A stretch of DNA of 64,000 bases, taken from positions 1 to 64,000 of the forward strand of contig JBDLRP010000046.1 in assembly GCA_039799905.1 (NCBI GenBank), read 5' to 3'. The position numbers and the translations under genes were made by a program. Origin of the DNA: Pseudomonadota bacterium (GTDB lineage Bacteria; Bdellovibrionota_B; Oligoflexia; Silvanigrellales; Silvanigrellaceae). A model generated the notes under the pieces. The model was not told the DNA's origin. It was given only the letters and a program-made list of their open reading frames with translations, and searched no databases. Below are positions 39,493 through 50,164 of the stretch, piece by piece. The first letter of the stretch is position 1. The number at the start of each line of letters is the position of its first letter.

Positions 39493-40932
39493 TCACCAGA
39501 TCAATTCAAGATAAATGGTTGTAAGAATCGCAATTACCAATGCACTCACCACATTGAGCGCAAATCCAGCCTTCACCATCTGATTTATTGTAAACGCTCC
39601 AGTGCCATAAACAATCGCATTTGGAGGGGTCGCGATGGGAAGCATAAACGCGCAACTTGAGGCTAGAGTCACTGGGATCAGAAAAACCTGTGATGGAACA
39701 TCAATGGCAGTCGCAAACGACGAAGCCAGTGGCAAAAATGCCGCCGCGGTTGCCGTGTTGCTCGTCACCTCAGTCATAAACAAAATTGCCAAACTCAAAC
39801 CAACGACTAAAATAAAAATTGGCACACCAGAGACTTTGTCTGCCCATGTTTGCAAAAAATCCGTTAACGATAAACTTCCGATAGCATGCGCAATGGCAAG
39901 ACCTCCTCCGAAAAGAATGAGCACTTCCCAGGGAATCTCCTTCATAACTTTCCATTCCATCAACTTCTCAACCGCTCCGGACTCTCTTGGAATCAGAAAC
40001 AACGACACCAATGCGACAATCGCAATTTGAGCATCGTCAATTTTCATCTTTATTCCGAATAATTCCGTGAAAATGGGATGAGAGATCCAAAGAAATACAG
40101 TTGCAACAAAAACGAGTCCAACACGCTTCTCATAGTGGCTCATCTTCCCGAGCGTACTGAGTTCATGCACAAACAAATCTCGGCTCTCCACAACTTTAGT
40201 CGATGGCAAGGGAAATAAAACCTTGGTGAGAAGAAACCAAGCAAAGGGCAACATGATGAGGGACAGGGGCAACCCAATGAGCATCCAGTCAAGAAAGGTA
40301 ACATCTACATTCAGATCTCTTCTCATAAATGCGGCATACAGTGCATTGGGTGGAGAACCAATCAGCGTCGCAACACCGCCAATATTTGCTGAATACGCGA
40401 TAGACAACATCAAAACAGTGCGAAATCTCTTGACGACCGCATCAGGGACTTGATTCTTAATGACCTCGCCAACGGAAAGCGCAACCGGAAGCATCATTAT
40501 CGCCGTAGCCGAATTGCTAATCCACATACTCAAAAACGCGGTCACAGCCATGAACGCCGCAACGATATAATCTAGCCTAAGAGACGCCAAGGTGAGCGCA
40601 TAAAATGCAACTCGCCTGTGTAGACCGCTACTTTCAAGTGCCAACGCAAGCGAGAATCCACCCAGAAACAAAAACATGATTGGATGTGAATATTGCTGAA
40701 TTGTTTCCCTTAAACTCAAAATATCAAGAGCCGGAAACAGTAAGACGGGCAATAGAGCAGTAACGGCGATGGGAACAATCTCGAAGATCCAAAGAAACTT
40801 CATGAAAACGACAACTGCAATCAACCTGCCAACGTCGCCCAAATGAATGCCGAAAGTTACCCAGATCAAGAGAGACGTTACGAGCGAAATCACAAAGCGA
40901 TACTGAGATAGTCTTTCGATTGTTGACGGCAT
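39493..40932 (-). CDS. DASS/SLC13 Na+-coupled anion symporter
   Basis: SMWISNSAT; IGSPPNA; TEVTSNTAT; FMLPIATPPNAIV. Confidence 0.92.
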   Translation of the reverse strand: MPSTIERLSQYRFVISLVTSLLIWVTFGIHLGDVGRLIAVVVFMKFLWIFEIVPIAVTALLPVLLFPALDILSLRETIQQYSHPIMFLFLGGFSLALALESSGLHRRVAFYALTLASLRLDYIVAAFMAVTAFLSMWISNSATAIMMLPVALSVGEVIKNQVPDAVVKRFRTVLMLSIAYSANIGGVATLIGSPPNALYAAFMRRDLNVDVTFLDWMLIGLPLSLIMLPFAWFLLTKVLFPLPSTKVVESRDLFVHELSTLGKMSHYEKRVGLVFVATVFLWISHPIFTELFGIKMKIDDAQIAIVALVSLFLIPRESGAVEKLMEWKVMKEIPWEVLILFGGGLAIAHAIGSLSLTDFLQTWADKVSGVPIFILVVGLSLAILFMTEVTSNTATAAAFLPLASSFATAIDVPSQVFLIPVTLASSCAFMLPIATPPNAIVYGTGAFTINQMVKAGFALNVVSALVIAILTTIYLELIW

Positions 40933-41074
40933 GAATGAACCCCACTTCTTTCAAAAAACAAGAGAACCGTCACATATAGAAAACTTATACGAACATATCA
41001 GAAACCTTAACTCAGAATTGCCGGAAGAAAACTTCAAATAAAGTAAGACGGTAAAACCATTTACAACAGGAGGC

Positions 41075-41641
41075 ATGAACATGAAACTCCGCTGCCGAAA
41101 TCTTTCTCTGTTCATCAGCACATGCCTTTGCAGCACATTGACTTCAGAAGCCTCAACTTCCAGGCAATCGCCCTCAAAAGGCTCGTCCGGTTCAGGAGTA
41201 AGTTCCCGCTCAGTCTTTCTCGGAAACACCACGATTGAGTTGGAGAACCTGAATGGAAAAGAATGTCCAGTTCTCATACAGCTAAAGGATGGAATCCTTG
41301 AAGATTACAACGATGGAATGCGCGCCTGCAGCGAAGCGCCCATACAATGGATTGGTAAAGGCTTCATGTTAAAAGAATCAAACAAAAAAAAAGCTACCTG
41401 GGTAGCTGAAATGGATGAAGAGTTCAAAAACTGCCGAGCACGAACATCACAAATTCAATGGAACAATATCACCATAAAGAGAAACAGTTCACACATAATA
41501 TTGGATATAAACAATTCTCAAGCCATATTTTCGGTAGATATTGAAAAGCTAAATAGACAATTTCAAATTGCAAATAGCCGTGTGACGATCGAGGGCCAAC
41601 CTGTTTGGTGTTGGAACGTTAAAAGCAAACATAAGAAATAA
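41075..41641 (+). CDS. Exported hypothetical protein
   Basis: RBS AGGAGG; signal-like N-terminus; Ser-rich linker. Confidence 0.55.
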   Translation: MNMKLRCRNLSLFISTCLCSTLTSEASTSRQSPSKGSSGSGVSSRSVFLGNTTIELENLNGKECPVLIQLKDGILEDYNDGMRACSEAPIQWIGKGFMLKESNKKKATWVAEMDEEFKNCRARTSQIQWNNITIKRNSSHIILDINNSQAIFSVDIEKLNRQFQIANSRVTIEGQPVWCWNVKSKHKK

Positions 41642-41786
41642 TGCTTCAAAGTCCTCTGAATTACAGCTTAGGTCCTTCGCAAAGCGCCGCAACTAGCCGA
41701 ATGTGCCCAAAGGTAAATGAAAGTACTTTTCATCGATTCTCAGAATGCGCAACTATAGCAAAAATTTCAATTTTAACAAAGTCAAA

Positions 41787-43151
41787 CTATTCCTCAAAAA
41801 CAACTTTTGCATTCTGATCTTCCATCCGGACACGAAACCAATTTGACAGCCTGATCCGGTCATCCTTCGACAAGCGTTGCGAAGATCCAAGCACTAATAA
41901 ACGATTCTGCGACCGCAAAGATCCGGATGGTCCATTCGAAAGTGTTAGCGCCGACCCAACAGAAACATTACGAAGCGTCGGATACTGAACTGTCAATTCC
42001 CTGATAAACCTCTCATTTTCAGTAGACTCTGCATTCAACTTACGGAGTTCAGTCTCTAACTCAGATATCCTTCGGTCACGTTCCTGAATCAACTGAAGAC
42101 TATTTATTTGCAAATTTTGAACAATTTCATTTTTCAATGCAGATACATCAAATTCCAAATCACCATTCTGGTACAACTTGAGATCTGAACCGGCAACTTT
42201 CGATTGAGCAAGTCTGTCATGAATACGGTCGATATCATCCCTCTTCAGCGCACGTCCAATGAGTGTGACATCGATTCGCTTCGATTTTGGATCAACATCA
42301 AGCTTAGCTACTTGCACAAAAGAACTGCGAATTTCCTTTTGCACAAAGTCTCTCGCAGCATTTTTAAAGATTTCTCCTCTCACAAGGTGATATGCTAGAT
42401 AAAGACTTGGCAAAGCTGTAATAGCAACTATTGCAAACAACGTGCGCCTGACCCGCTGCTCCACAAATTTATCAACAAATGTTTTGTGAGGAACTCGCAA
42501 CAGATTAATTACAACAGCATATGCTACAGCAATAAATACGCTGTTTATGAAAAACAAATAGAGCGCGCCGCCAAAGAATTCAAAGTTTCCGCTCGCAATC
42601 CCGAATCCTGCCGTACAAAGTGGGGGCATCAGTGCAGTCGCGATTGCAACCCCAGGCACAACGTTTGACTTCTCCTTGCGTGTTGACCCAATCGCACCAG
42701 CCAAACCACCAAGAATCGCGATGACGACATCCCAAACACTGGGGCTTGTTCTTGCAAGGAGTTCTGACTGCTCGCCAGTTAGAGGAGTTATGGAAAAATA
42801 CACTGTTGATGTAATAAGACTCACACCCGTTGCAACTGCAAGATTCAGAAGAGATTTCCTGATAAGAAAAAAATCGTAGACCGCAACACCGTATCCCACA
42901 CCAGAGATCGGTCCCATCAAAGGGGAAACCAACATAGCCCCAATAATGACAGCTGATGAATTTACATTCAGACCGACGGAGGCAATAAAGATGGCCAATA
43001 TAAGTGTGACAGCATTGGCCCCCTTCAATTCAATAGACGACTTGATTTGCTGGTCTATTTCCTCATACGTACCCATGTCAGCCGCCAAGCTAAAACGCTC
43101 AATCAATCCGGTTCTGAATGCAGACATAAGATTTTCTAATTCAATTTTCAT
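41787..43151 (-). CDS. DUF389 (TIGR00341-like) membrane protein
   Basis: ASVGLNVNSSAVIIGAMLVSPLMGP; VPGVAIATALMPPLC; start uncertain. Confidence 0.88.
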   Translation of the reverse strand: MKIELENLMSAFRTGLIERFSLAADMGTYEEIDQQIKSSIELKGANAVTLILAIFIASVGLNVNSSAVIIGAMLVSPLMGPISGVGYGVAVYDFFLIRKSLLNLAVATGVSLITSTVYFSITPLTGEQSELLARTSPSVWDVVIAILGGLAGAIGSTRKEKSNVVPGVAIATALMPPLCTAGFGIASGNFEFFGGALYLFFINSVFIAVAYAVVINLLRVPHKTFVDKFVEQRVRRTLFAIVAITALPSLYLAYHLVRGEIFKNAARDFVQKEIRSSFVQVAKLDVDPKSKRIDVTLIGRALKRDDIDRIHDRLAQSKVAGSDLKLYQNGDLEFDVSALKNEIVQNLQINSLQLIQERDRRISELETELRKLNAESTENERFIRELTVQYPTLRNVSVGSALTLSNGPSGSLRSQNRLLVLGSSQRLSKDDRIRLSNWFRVRMEDQNAKVVFEE

Positions 43152-43239
43152 ACTGTAAAAGTCGTCCAAGTTAAATTGCACAATAATTGAAATTGAAATA
43201 AAGATACCACAAACCTTTGAAAAAATCGCAGGCGTAACA

Positions 43240-44169
43240 TTGAACTACAATCACCTACATTATTTTCACTGTATTGCTAGCGAGGGAAGCATAACAGCTG
43301 CGGCAAAAATGCTGAACATTTCTCAACCTGCACTCAGTGCTCAATTGAAGGAATTGGAGAAAAATCTCAACGCTCCTCTCTTTGTTCGAACTGGAAGAAA
43401 CCTGAAGCTCACGCCTTTGGGCAGAAAGATATACTCAATCACACGACAAATGTTCACATTTGCGTCACAAATACCGACAATTGCGGCAGCAACAGTAAAC
43501 AGTCAAGAAAAGATTCTCAAGATAGGCGTGACCGATGAAGTCGAATTCCCGTACGTCGCTGGACTCGTCTGCGATCAACAAAATGCTGCAAATAATTCAT
43601 TTCAAGAAACCATCAAGGTGGTCAGATGTACACACGAAGAGTCAGTTCGCTTCTTACAAAACGGCAACCTTGATTTGACGTTTGCAGGAAGATTTCCCCG
43701 AAACCACAGTGGCCTATTTGTGCGTCATTTTGAACTGCCTGTTTACCTTATCTCCCAATATGGTGCTTTATCAGCAGCTGAACGTAATTTTAACGACGTC
43801 TCTGCAAACGAAGTTTCAAGAAAAATTGAGCTTTTTGATTGGGATCTGGTGCTTCCAACCGCTGGATCAATAATACGAGAAGAAACAGACTCATTCATGG
43901 CTCGTAAGCTCATTCGGAAGCACATACGATTTGAAAGCTCATCTATAGCTTCAATCATTCGGGCCGTTGCCGAAGGGATGGGAATTGGATTTCTCCCGGG
44001 GGTCTATTGCGAAGATGCAATTCGCTTAAAAAGGGTACAAATGAGCGGGCCAAAACAAGGATTCTGGAAGTCGAGCCTAGTTGTCGTTGCCCGAGAGTCT
44101 TCGAACACCAAACGCCTTGCAAAGATACTCTCTGAGCGCATCCAACAGTTCAATCTTGGCCGGCTGTAA
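43240..44169 (+). CDS. LysR-family regulator, NhaR-like
   Basis: NYNHLHYF...GSITAAA..L.ISQPALSAQLK.LE HTH. Confidence 0.88.
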   Translation: MNYNHLHYFHCIASEGSITAAAKMLNISQPALSAQLKELEKNLNAPLFVRTGRNLKLTPLGRKIYSITRQMFTFASQIPTIAAATVNSQEKILKIGVTDEVEFPYVAGLVCDQQNAANNSFQETIKVVRCTHEESVRFLQNGNLDLTFAGRFPRNHSGLFVRHFELPVYLISQYGALSAAERNFNDVSANEVSRKIELFDWDLVLPTAGSIIREETDSFMARKLIRKHIRFESSSIASIIRAVAEGMGIGFLPGVYCEDAIRLKRVQMSGPKQGFWKSSLVVVARESSNTKRLAKILSERIQQFNLGRL

Positions 44170-44181
44170 CCTTTAATTCCG

Positions 44182-45216
44182 TTATGTCGGCTTAACGTAA
44201 GCGTGAATGGTTTGAGTCGGAAACGCAAAACCAATGCCATTGCGATCAAAGAATTCCTTAATCGCTAGATTCAATTGCTCTTTCAATTTCATGTATTCGC
44301 CGTAATCGGCGGATTCTATCCAGTAAACAAACTCAAGATCCAGCGAGAATGCAGAAAAATCGCTAAAGTTTCCTCGCTCCAGTCGCATCCCAGCCGTCTG
44401 TTCTATCAATCTGCAAACCTCGGCTCTTGCCAAATTTATTTGCGCAACCGACGAGTCGTAGGTCAAACCAATTCTGAGGACAACTCGACGCTGCCGCATT
44501 TTGCTATAATTTCTGATCCGTGTTTCGAGCAATATGCTATTGGGGAAGACAAGCAATTCTCCCGACAGCGACCTAATTCGAGTTGTCTTCAGACCAACAC
44601 GCTCTATTGTTCCCATGGAGTCATCAATGACTATGAATTCTCCGATTTTGAACGGCTTATCCAAAGCGATTGACAATGAGGCAAACAAGTCACCAAGAAT
44701 TTTCTGAACCGCGAGTGCGATTGCCACTCCCCCAATGCCAATTCCAGTAATCAACCCAGATACGTTGACACCGAGATTATCAAGAGTGATGAGAACCAAA
44801 AAACTAACTAGCAAAAATCGACTTACAGCGAGTGCGACTGTCCCTGTAGGCGACTGAACCGCTCTTCCGTCAACATCCTCAGAAAACTTTTCAAAGAGAA
44901 TTCGCTCAACAGCAGAGTTGAGAATTGCCGCACACTGAAATGCAATAGCAATCAGAAAGATTTGCCATACTCGCTTTTCAATTGACTGTGGAAAATCCAA
45001 AATATGAACCGTGGCATACACTGATGAGATGAAAATAAATACTTTACTTAATTTCTCAATCGAAAGCAGGAGCAGCTCAAGAGTGATGCCAGAAATAGGA
45101 AGACTCTTTCGTAGCAAAACCCGATTAATCAGCCAAACCACTGCATTAACCAGCAGAAATATAAACAGCGCTAGCCCAACCGGATACATTGCATTAAAAA
45201 TTGCTTGGCTAAACAT
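44182..45216 (-). CDS. MscS-family mechanosensitive channel
   Basis: GIGGVAIALAVQKILGD; DKPFKIGEFI; GLKTTRIRS; FAFPTQT; alternative starts 45237 and 45276. Confidence 0.92.
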   Translation of the reverse strand: MFSQAIFNAMYPVGLALFIFLLVNAVVWLINRVLLRKSLPISGITLELLLLSIEKLSKVFIFISSVYATVHILDFPQSIEKRVWQIFLIAIAFQCAAILNSAVERILFEKFSEDVDGRAVQSPTGTVALAVSRFLLVSFLVLITLDNLGVNVSGLITGIGIGGVAIALAVQKILGDLFASLSIALDKPFKIGEFIVIDDSMGTIERVGLKTTRIRSLSGELLVFPNSILLETRIRNYSKMRQRRVVLRIGLTYDSSVAQINLARAEVCRLIEQTAGMRLERGNFSDFSAFSLDLEFVYWIESADYGEYMKLKEQLNLAIKEFFDRNGIGFAFPTQTIHAYVKPT

Positions 45217-45287
45217 AAATTCGAAAACCTCACTCATGGGCAATAATGGAGTGCATAATATATTTTCAAATGCCATGTCCGAGGAAT

Positions 45288-45317
45288 AAAAAAACCCCAA
45301 TTCAAATGAATATGGGG
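45288..45317 (-). terminator. Intrinsic terminator within the mscS leader (candidate attenuator)
   Basis: Minus strand CCCCATATTCATTTGAATTGGGG followed by T7, upstream of mscS and in the same orientation. Confidence 0.65.
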
Positions 45318-45677
45318 CGAATGAAAGGAGGTCTTCTAGCGTGGAGCAGAGTCCCCAATCAAACTTACATTTGAGTAGTCATCATACTCCTAACAACCGG
45401 ACGACCTCGTAATGGTATAATGAGATATGTGTTCCTGCTGACCGTATATCAAAATCTTACAAATCACATAACTAATCCCTATCTTAAAAAAAGAAGACCA
45501 GTGTATGAATAATGCCAAAATGACAATAGTGAAGAAATGAATTACCGATTTATCATCTTTTGATATTGAAGTTCTGTGCACACATTTCATATAAATCGAA
45601 TACAAGTATTTGCGAATTCTCTTGCTATTTGATCATTGGCCGCATTTCTAATTATTCAGCACCTCGGAGTGCGCACA

Positions 45678-48317
45678 ATGTCAATGTCTATTTCCGAAAT
45701 TTCGAAACTAGACATATCCGACGTTCAACGCCACTGCTACTCGTCAGCAGTTGGGCTTACAAGCGCCGAAGCCGCACACAGGCTTCAGAAATTTGGCAAA
45801 AACATACTCCCCAGACGAACGCCAAAACCGCTTTACAAAATTATACTGGATCAATTTAAGAGCTCTATCATTTACATTCTGCTTGGTGCGGCATTATTTG
45901 CTCTGGCCATTGGCGAGTTTTTGGACGTTGTCTTTATTTTATTCGTATTATTTATCAATGCAGCGATCGGAACATATCATTCTTTCAAATCTGAGAGAAC
46001 AAACTTCTCCCTACAAAACATCTTAAAAACGAACTCAAAGGTCATCAGAGATCAGAATGTACTCACATTGTGTGCTGAAGACCTTGTCATTGGAGACGTG
46101 GTGATTCTCGATTCAGGCGCGACCGTACCTGCAGACATTCGAATTTTAAGTGCTCAAAACCTTTTTCTAGATGAATCGCTTTTGACCGGAGAGTCGGCTC
46201 CCGTGCAAAAGTATTACGATGAGTTGACGGAGCGAAGTAACATTCTTTTCGCTGGGACAATACTCACTCGCGGTCGGGCGAAGGGAATGGTGTTCCAAAC
46301 GGGAATTGATACAGCAATCGGGTCAATTGCTGGAATTGCGAGAGAAATTCAAGCAGGAAAGCCGCCGATAATAGAGCGTGTTGAGAAATTCAGCAAAGTT
46401 TTAACCTTATACATTCTCGTAATCTCAATAATAATAGTTCTGTATGGAATGCTCGTCCAAAACCAATCCGCAAAGGAAATGATCTACTTCTCAATTACAC
46501 TAGTTGTGTCGGCAATTCCTGAAGGCCTCCCGATAGCAATGACTCTAGCGTTTGCAGTTGCGACTAGACGAATGGCCAAGCGTGGAGTCATAGTAAAATC
46601 ACTTCCATCAGTTGAGGCTCTTGGCAGTTGCAATGTGATTGCAACCGATAAGACCGGCACACTGACTTGCAACGAACAGACAATTGAGCGAGTCACCGTC
46701 CCCGATTCCGATGAATTTGAAATCGGTGGGCGAGGATACCAACCCGAGGGAACAATCTCAGTTGGATGTCAGGTGATAGACCCGATTCACAGCTCGCTTA
46801 ATAGCATTGCTCGAGCTGCGGTCCTTTGTAATGAGGGGTTTCTTGGAAAACACAACGATGAATGGGTATGGAGCGGAGATCCAGTCGACATTGCCTTATT
46901 GACCTTCGGGGCTAAAGTCGGTTGGACGTCAACTTCAATCGAGAACCTTTACGTAAAGATGCAGGAGATCCCGTTTGAATCTGAAAACAGGTACTCGGCG
47001 GCACACTTCAAAACTCCAGAAGGAAACTTGATTGTCGCGAAAGGCTCGCCGGAACAAATTTTCAAGATGTGCGATAATTCACCACAAATATTTGAACTTA
47101 AAACTACTGCAGAAAAGTATGCAAAAGAGGGATATCGAACAGTCGCCCTCGCAGAGAGAACAACTTTAAGCTCAAGAAAAGTTGGAAATCTAGAAGACGA
47201 ACTTTCTGAACTTAAGCCCCTGGGAATTGTTGGGATGAAGGACCCATTAAGACCAGGAGCAAAATCGACTATCATGCGCTGCAAAAATGCCGGAATAAGA
47301 GTTCTGATGCTCACGGGTGATCATCCGGAAACAGCAAAGACAATCGCCTATGACCTTGGCCTTAGCAGCGGAGTGAATGGCATAGTAACCGGTGACAACC
47401 CCCAGTTGCAACTGAACTCAACCGCTGCGGAGATTATAAGAGGCAATTCGATATTTGCCCGAATCAGTCCAATGCAAAAACTGACAATCGTTCAAACTCT
47501 CGTAGCCGAAGGCAACTTTGTTGCAGTGACAGGCGACGGAGTGAATGATGTTCCCGCGTTACAGGCCGCAAACGTGGGTGTGGCTCTTGGAAAGAGCGGA
47601 ACCGATGCCGCGCGAGAGGCGGCAGGTATCGTAATCACTGATGACGACTTTTCTTCTATTGTGAATGGAATAGAGGAAGGGAGACTCGCATACTCAAACA
47701 TTCGTAAAATAATTCTGCTGTTGATTTCGACTGGGCTGGCAGAAGTTATTCTGGTGATTTTATCACAGTTCAGCGGCTTACCTCTGCCTTTACACCCAGT
47801 TCAGCTTCTATGGCTCAATCTTGTCACTAATGGTCTGCAAGATGTTGCGCTCGCGTTTGAGCCTCCTGAAGAAGACTTGCTGAAGCGAAAACCCCGTCCA
47901 CCCAATGAGCCGATCCTGGACAGAATTATGATGCGAAAGATTGCTATTTCATCGCTCACAATCGGCTTGTTGTCATTTCTCGCATTCCAACAAATCCTCA
48001 GTCGGACTCAGGACGTTACATTTTCGCAAAGTGCCGTACTTTTGCTTATGGTATTTTTTGAGAATGTACATGCAGCAAGTTGCCGGTCCGAACGAAAGTC
48101 TATTTTAAAAAATAGCTTAAAGAACAATCCACTTCTCATTATCACTATTCTCGGATCAACGCTGTTGCACCTTATCTTCGCAAACTCGATGCTTGGTCAA
48201 AAAGTTCTCAAAGTAACTCCAATACCCTGGGAAATGATCGTTCTGTTATTCATCTTTAGCTTGTTCTTACTCGTATCGACTGAGGGTGAGAAGTTCTTTT
48301 TTAGATCTCGAGGATAA
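45678..48317 (+). CDS. Cation-transporting P-type ATPase (P2A-like)
   Basis: TGES; IPEGLP; DKTGT; KGSPE; TGDGVND; LWLNLVTN. Confidence 0.93.
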   Translation: MSMSISEISKLDISDVQRHCYSSAVGLTSAEAAHRLQKFGKNILPRRTPKPLYKIILDQFKSSIIYILLGAALFALAIGEFLDVVFILFVLFINAAIGTYHSFKSERTNFSLQNILKTNSKVIRDQNVLTLCAEDLVIGDVVILDSGATVPADIRILSAQNLFLDESLLTGESAPVQKYYDELTERSNILFAGTILTRGRAKGMVFQTGIDTAIGSIAGIAREIQAGKPPIIERVEKFSKVLTLYILVISIIIVLYGMLVQNQSAKEMIYFSITLVVSAIPEGLPIAMTLAFAVATRRMAKRGVIVKSLPSVEALGSCNVIATDKTGTLTCNEQTIERVTVPDSDEFEIGGRGYQPEGTISVGCQVIDPIHSSLNSIARAAVLCNEGFLGKHNDEWVWSGDPVDIALLTFGAKVGWTSTSIENLYVKMQEIPFESENRYSAAHFKTPEGNLIVAKGSPEQIFKMCDNSPQIFELKTTAEKYAKEGYRTVALAERTTLSSRKVGNLEDELSELKPLGIVGMKDPLRPGAKSTIMRCKNAGIRVLMLTGDHPETAKTIAYDLGLSSGVNGIVTGDNPQLQLNSTAAEIIRGNSIFARISPMQKLTIVQTLVAEGNFVAVTGDGVNDVPALQAANVGVALGKSGTDAAREAAGIVITDDDFSSIVNGIEEGRLAYSNIRKIILLLISTGLAEVILVILSQFSGLPLPLHPVQLLWLNLVTNGLQDVALAFEPPEEDLLKRKPRPPNEPILDRIMMRKIAISSLTIGLLSFLAFQQILSRTQDVTFSQSAVLLLMVFFENVHAASCRSERKSILKNSLKNNPLLIITILGSTLLHLIFANSMLGQKVLKVTPIPWEMIVLLFIFSLFLLVSTEGEKFFFRSRG

Positions 48318-48322
48318 CAGTC

Positions 48323-50122
48323 ATGTCTAACCTAGATTTTCAGCGGCTCAGAGATTTAGGTCTTGACCCAGAAGCTATAGTGACCCACGAACGGAGAGTC
48401 ATTGAGAGTCTGACGCAGCAAAGGTCTTTTGATTGGAACGAGATTGAAGAATGCAAATTTGAGAACTTTGGAATTGTCTCAAGCGATGCCGCTGACAGAT
48501 TCATTTCCGCTGCGTTCCACCAACAACGCCAGATGCAATTTAAAATATGGAAGGATGAAAACATTCTATCCATAACTCTCGCTGCAGGCGCCGCAACTAG
48601 GTTTCTTTCCGGTATTGCTTCACTCTGTAGTTCAAAAATAAGGCTTAAAAATTCCGGATCTAACGGATTCAAGAACGAGACACAGTCGCAATTATTCTTT
48701 TCAAGAATTTGTTTCACCTGGAACAATGGCGGCATAAAGGCCAAATTGCTCAGGCTATTGAGAGCCAAGTTAGCATCGCATCCATTTCACGACTTTAAAA
48801 AGATTAATTTTGCAGAAATTAATCTTGATGATTTTTTAAGCGTACTTTCGAAATGTCGACAAACTGAGATTTTCCAGGCAGAAAAAATTGCCATGAACTT
48901 GTTCATCAGAGAGGTGAAGGAGACTCCAAAACTTCTTATTCCATTGAACAAAGATGGCGATGCGTTCATCGATTTTACAATCTGGCAGCTCAAAGGTTTG
49001 TTGCCCAAGATCCCTATGGTGTTTGTAGTTAGCCCAGAAGTGACGCAATCCGCGGAAAAGTCAGCAGCTAGAACTATTAAAGTTGGGTTTGAGTTCCAGA
49101 TTATCAACGGCGCTCTCAGCAATGTGTTTTTCACAACGCAGGATCACGATTTAGACACAATCAGGTTTCTGGTGAATGGCGAACCTTTTAGAGAAGAGGA
49201 TGGTAGCTACAGTCCCGTGCCGGCAGGGCACGGAGAGGTCATAAAACTGTTCAGCACCATTTCCCAGAGAAACGAAACAGTAGACTGCTTTCTTATTCAG
49301 ACAATCGACAACATTTATGGAAAGAGCCTCGATGTTGAAATTGAGTACAACAAGTTTTTAGAGACCTTCTATGCATTAAGGTGGTGTGTCGATCGAATTA
49401 GACTTGAGATTGCCCTGAGGGTTCTGAAAAACGACTCAGAGTTTGATGAAATCGGATTATTCTCGGAGGAAACCTCTACTGCTATTGAATTGCTCCTCAC
49501 CATCATGGGACGAACTGTCGGAGACTCTTTGTATGAGAAAAGGGAGTCATCTTACAAGTTCATATATAATCTCCTAGACCGATTGTTTTGCTTCCCACAG
49601 CGCCAGGTTCCAGTCAGTAATTTAGAGAAATTTGTTTTGCTTCAAAAATATCTGTGTAGGCCAATCGTAGTTGTCGGTGTTGTGAGAAGGGAAAAAAACG
49701 ATGCCGGCGGACACCCAGGCTTTGTTAAAAAAGCAACTGGTGAGAGAATTAGAATTTGCCTTGAAGGCAGCAGATTCAAAAATCCACTGAATGATGAATC
49801 TAAAATTGTTCCGGAAGAAATTTACATTAATTCCGGTATCGCGATTGTCGAAACGCGAATTGCCACGCTGGATGAAAAGACACGACAATATGAATCACGA
49901 CACTTTGACTTTCACTCTTTGCAAAACGATGAATTCTTTTTGGTCTCGAAAAAACGACATAAAGGAAGGAATGTTTACTATCACGAGACAGCTTTGTATG
50001 AAATCTTAAGCAACTCGGAGAACACTAATTGCCTCTTTTTAGAAATCTCGAGAGTTCTCTTTAAACCCAACAAAGATATTCTATCGATTCTGGGCAAAGA
50101 CCGTAAAGACTTCGGGTTCTAA
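48323..50122 (+). CDS. DUF4301-like / UDP-sugar pyrophosphorylase-fold protein
   Basis: LAAGAATRF; PAGHG; IQTIDNI; RPIVVVGVV...GGHP; FKPNK, resembling DUF4301 and UGPase-type motifs. Confidence 0.6.
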   Translation: MSNLDFQRLRDLGLDPEAIVTHERRVIESLTQQRSFDWNEIEECKFENFGIVSSDAADRFISAAFHQQRQMQFKIWKDENILSITLAAGAATRFLSGIASLCSSKIRLKNSGSNGFKNETQSQLFFSRICFTWNNGGIKAKLLRLLRAKLASHPFHDFKKINFAEINLDDFLSVLSKCRQTEIFQAEKIAMNLFIREVKETPKLLIPLNKDGDAFIDFTIWQLKGLLPKIPMVFVVSPEVTQSAEKSAARTIKVGFEFQIINGALSNVFFTTQDHDLDTIRFLVNGEPFREEDGSYSPVPAGHGEVIKLFSTISQRNETVDCFLIQTIDNIYGKSLDVEIEYNKFLETFYALRWCVDRIRLEIALRVLKNDSEFDEIGLFSEETSTAIELLLTIMGRTVGDSLYEKRESSYKFIYNLLDRLFCFPQRQVPVSNLEKFVLLQKYLCRPIVVVGVVRREKNDAGGHPGFVKKATGERIRICLEGSRFKNPLNDESKIVPEEIYINSGIAIVETRIATLDEKTRQYESRHFDFHSLQNDEFFLVSKKRHKGRNVYYHETALYEILSNSENTNCLFLEISRVLFKPNKDILSILGKDRKDFGF

Positions 50123-50164
50123 TTTGCAAACTTAACGAACCGCATAGGAAAAAATTGTATTTGC

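Noticed and set aside
45341..45412. 23-codon plus-strand ORF after AAGGAGGT
   Set aside because: Hydrophilic with no toxin-like features; the SD-like string is explained by the minus-strand stem, though translation cannot be excluded without Ribo-seq
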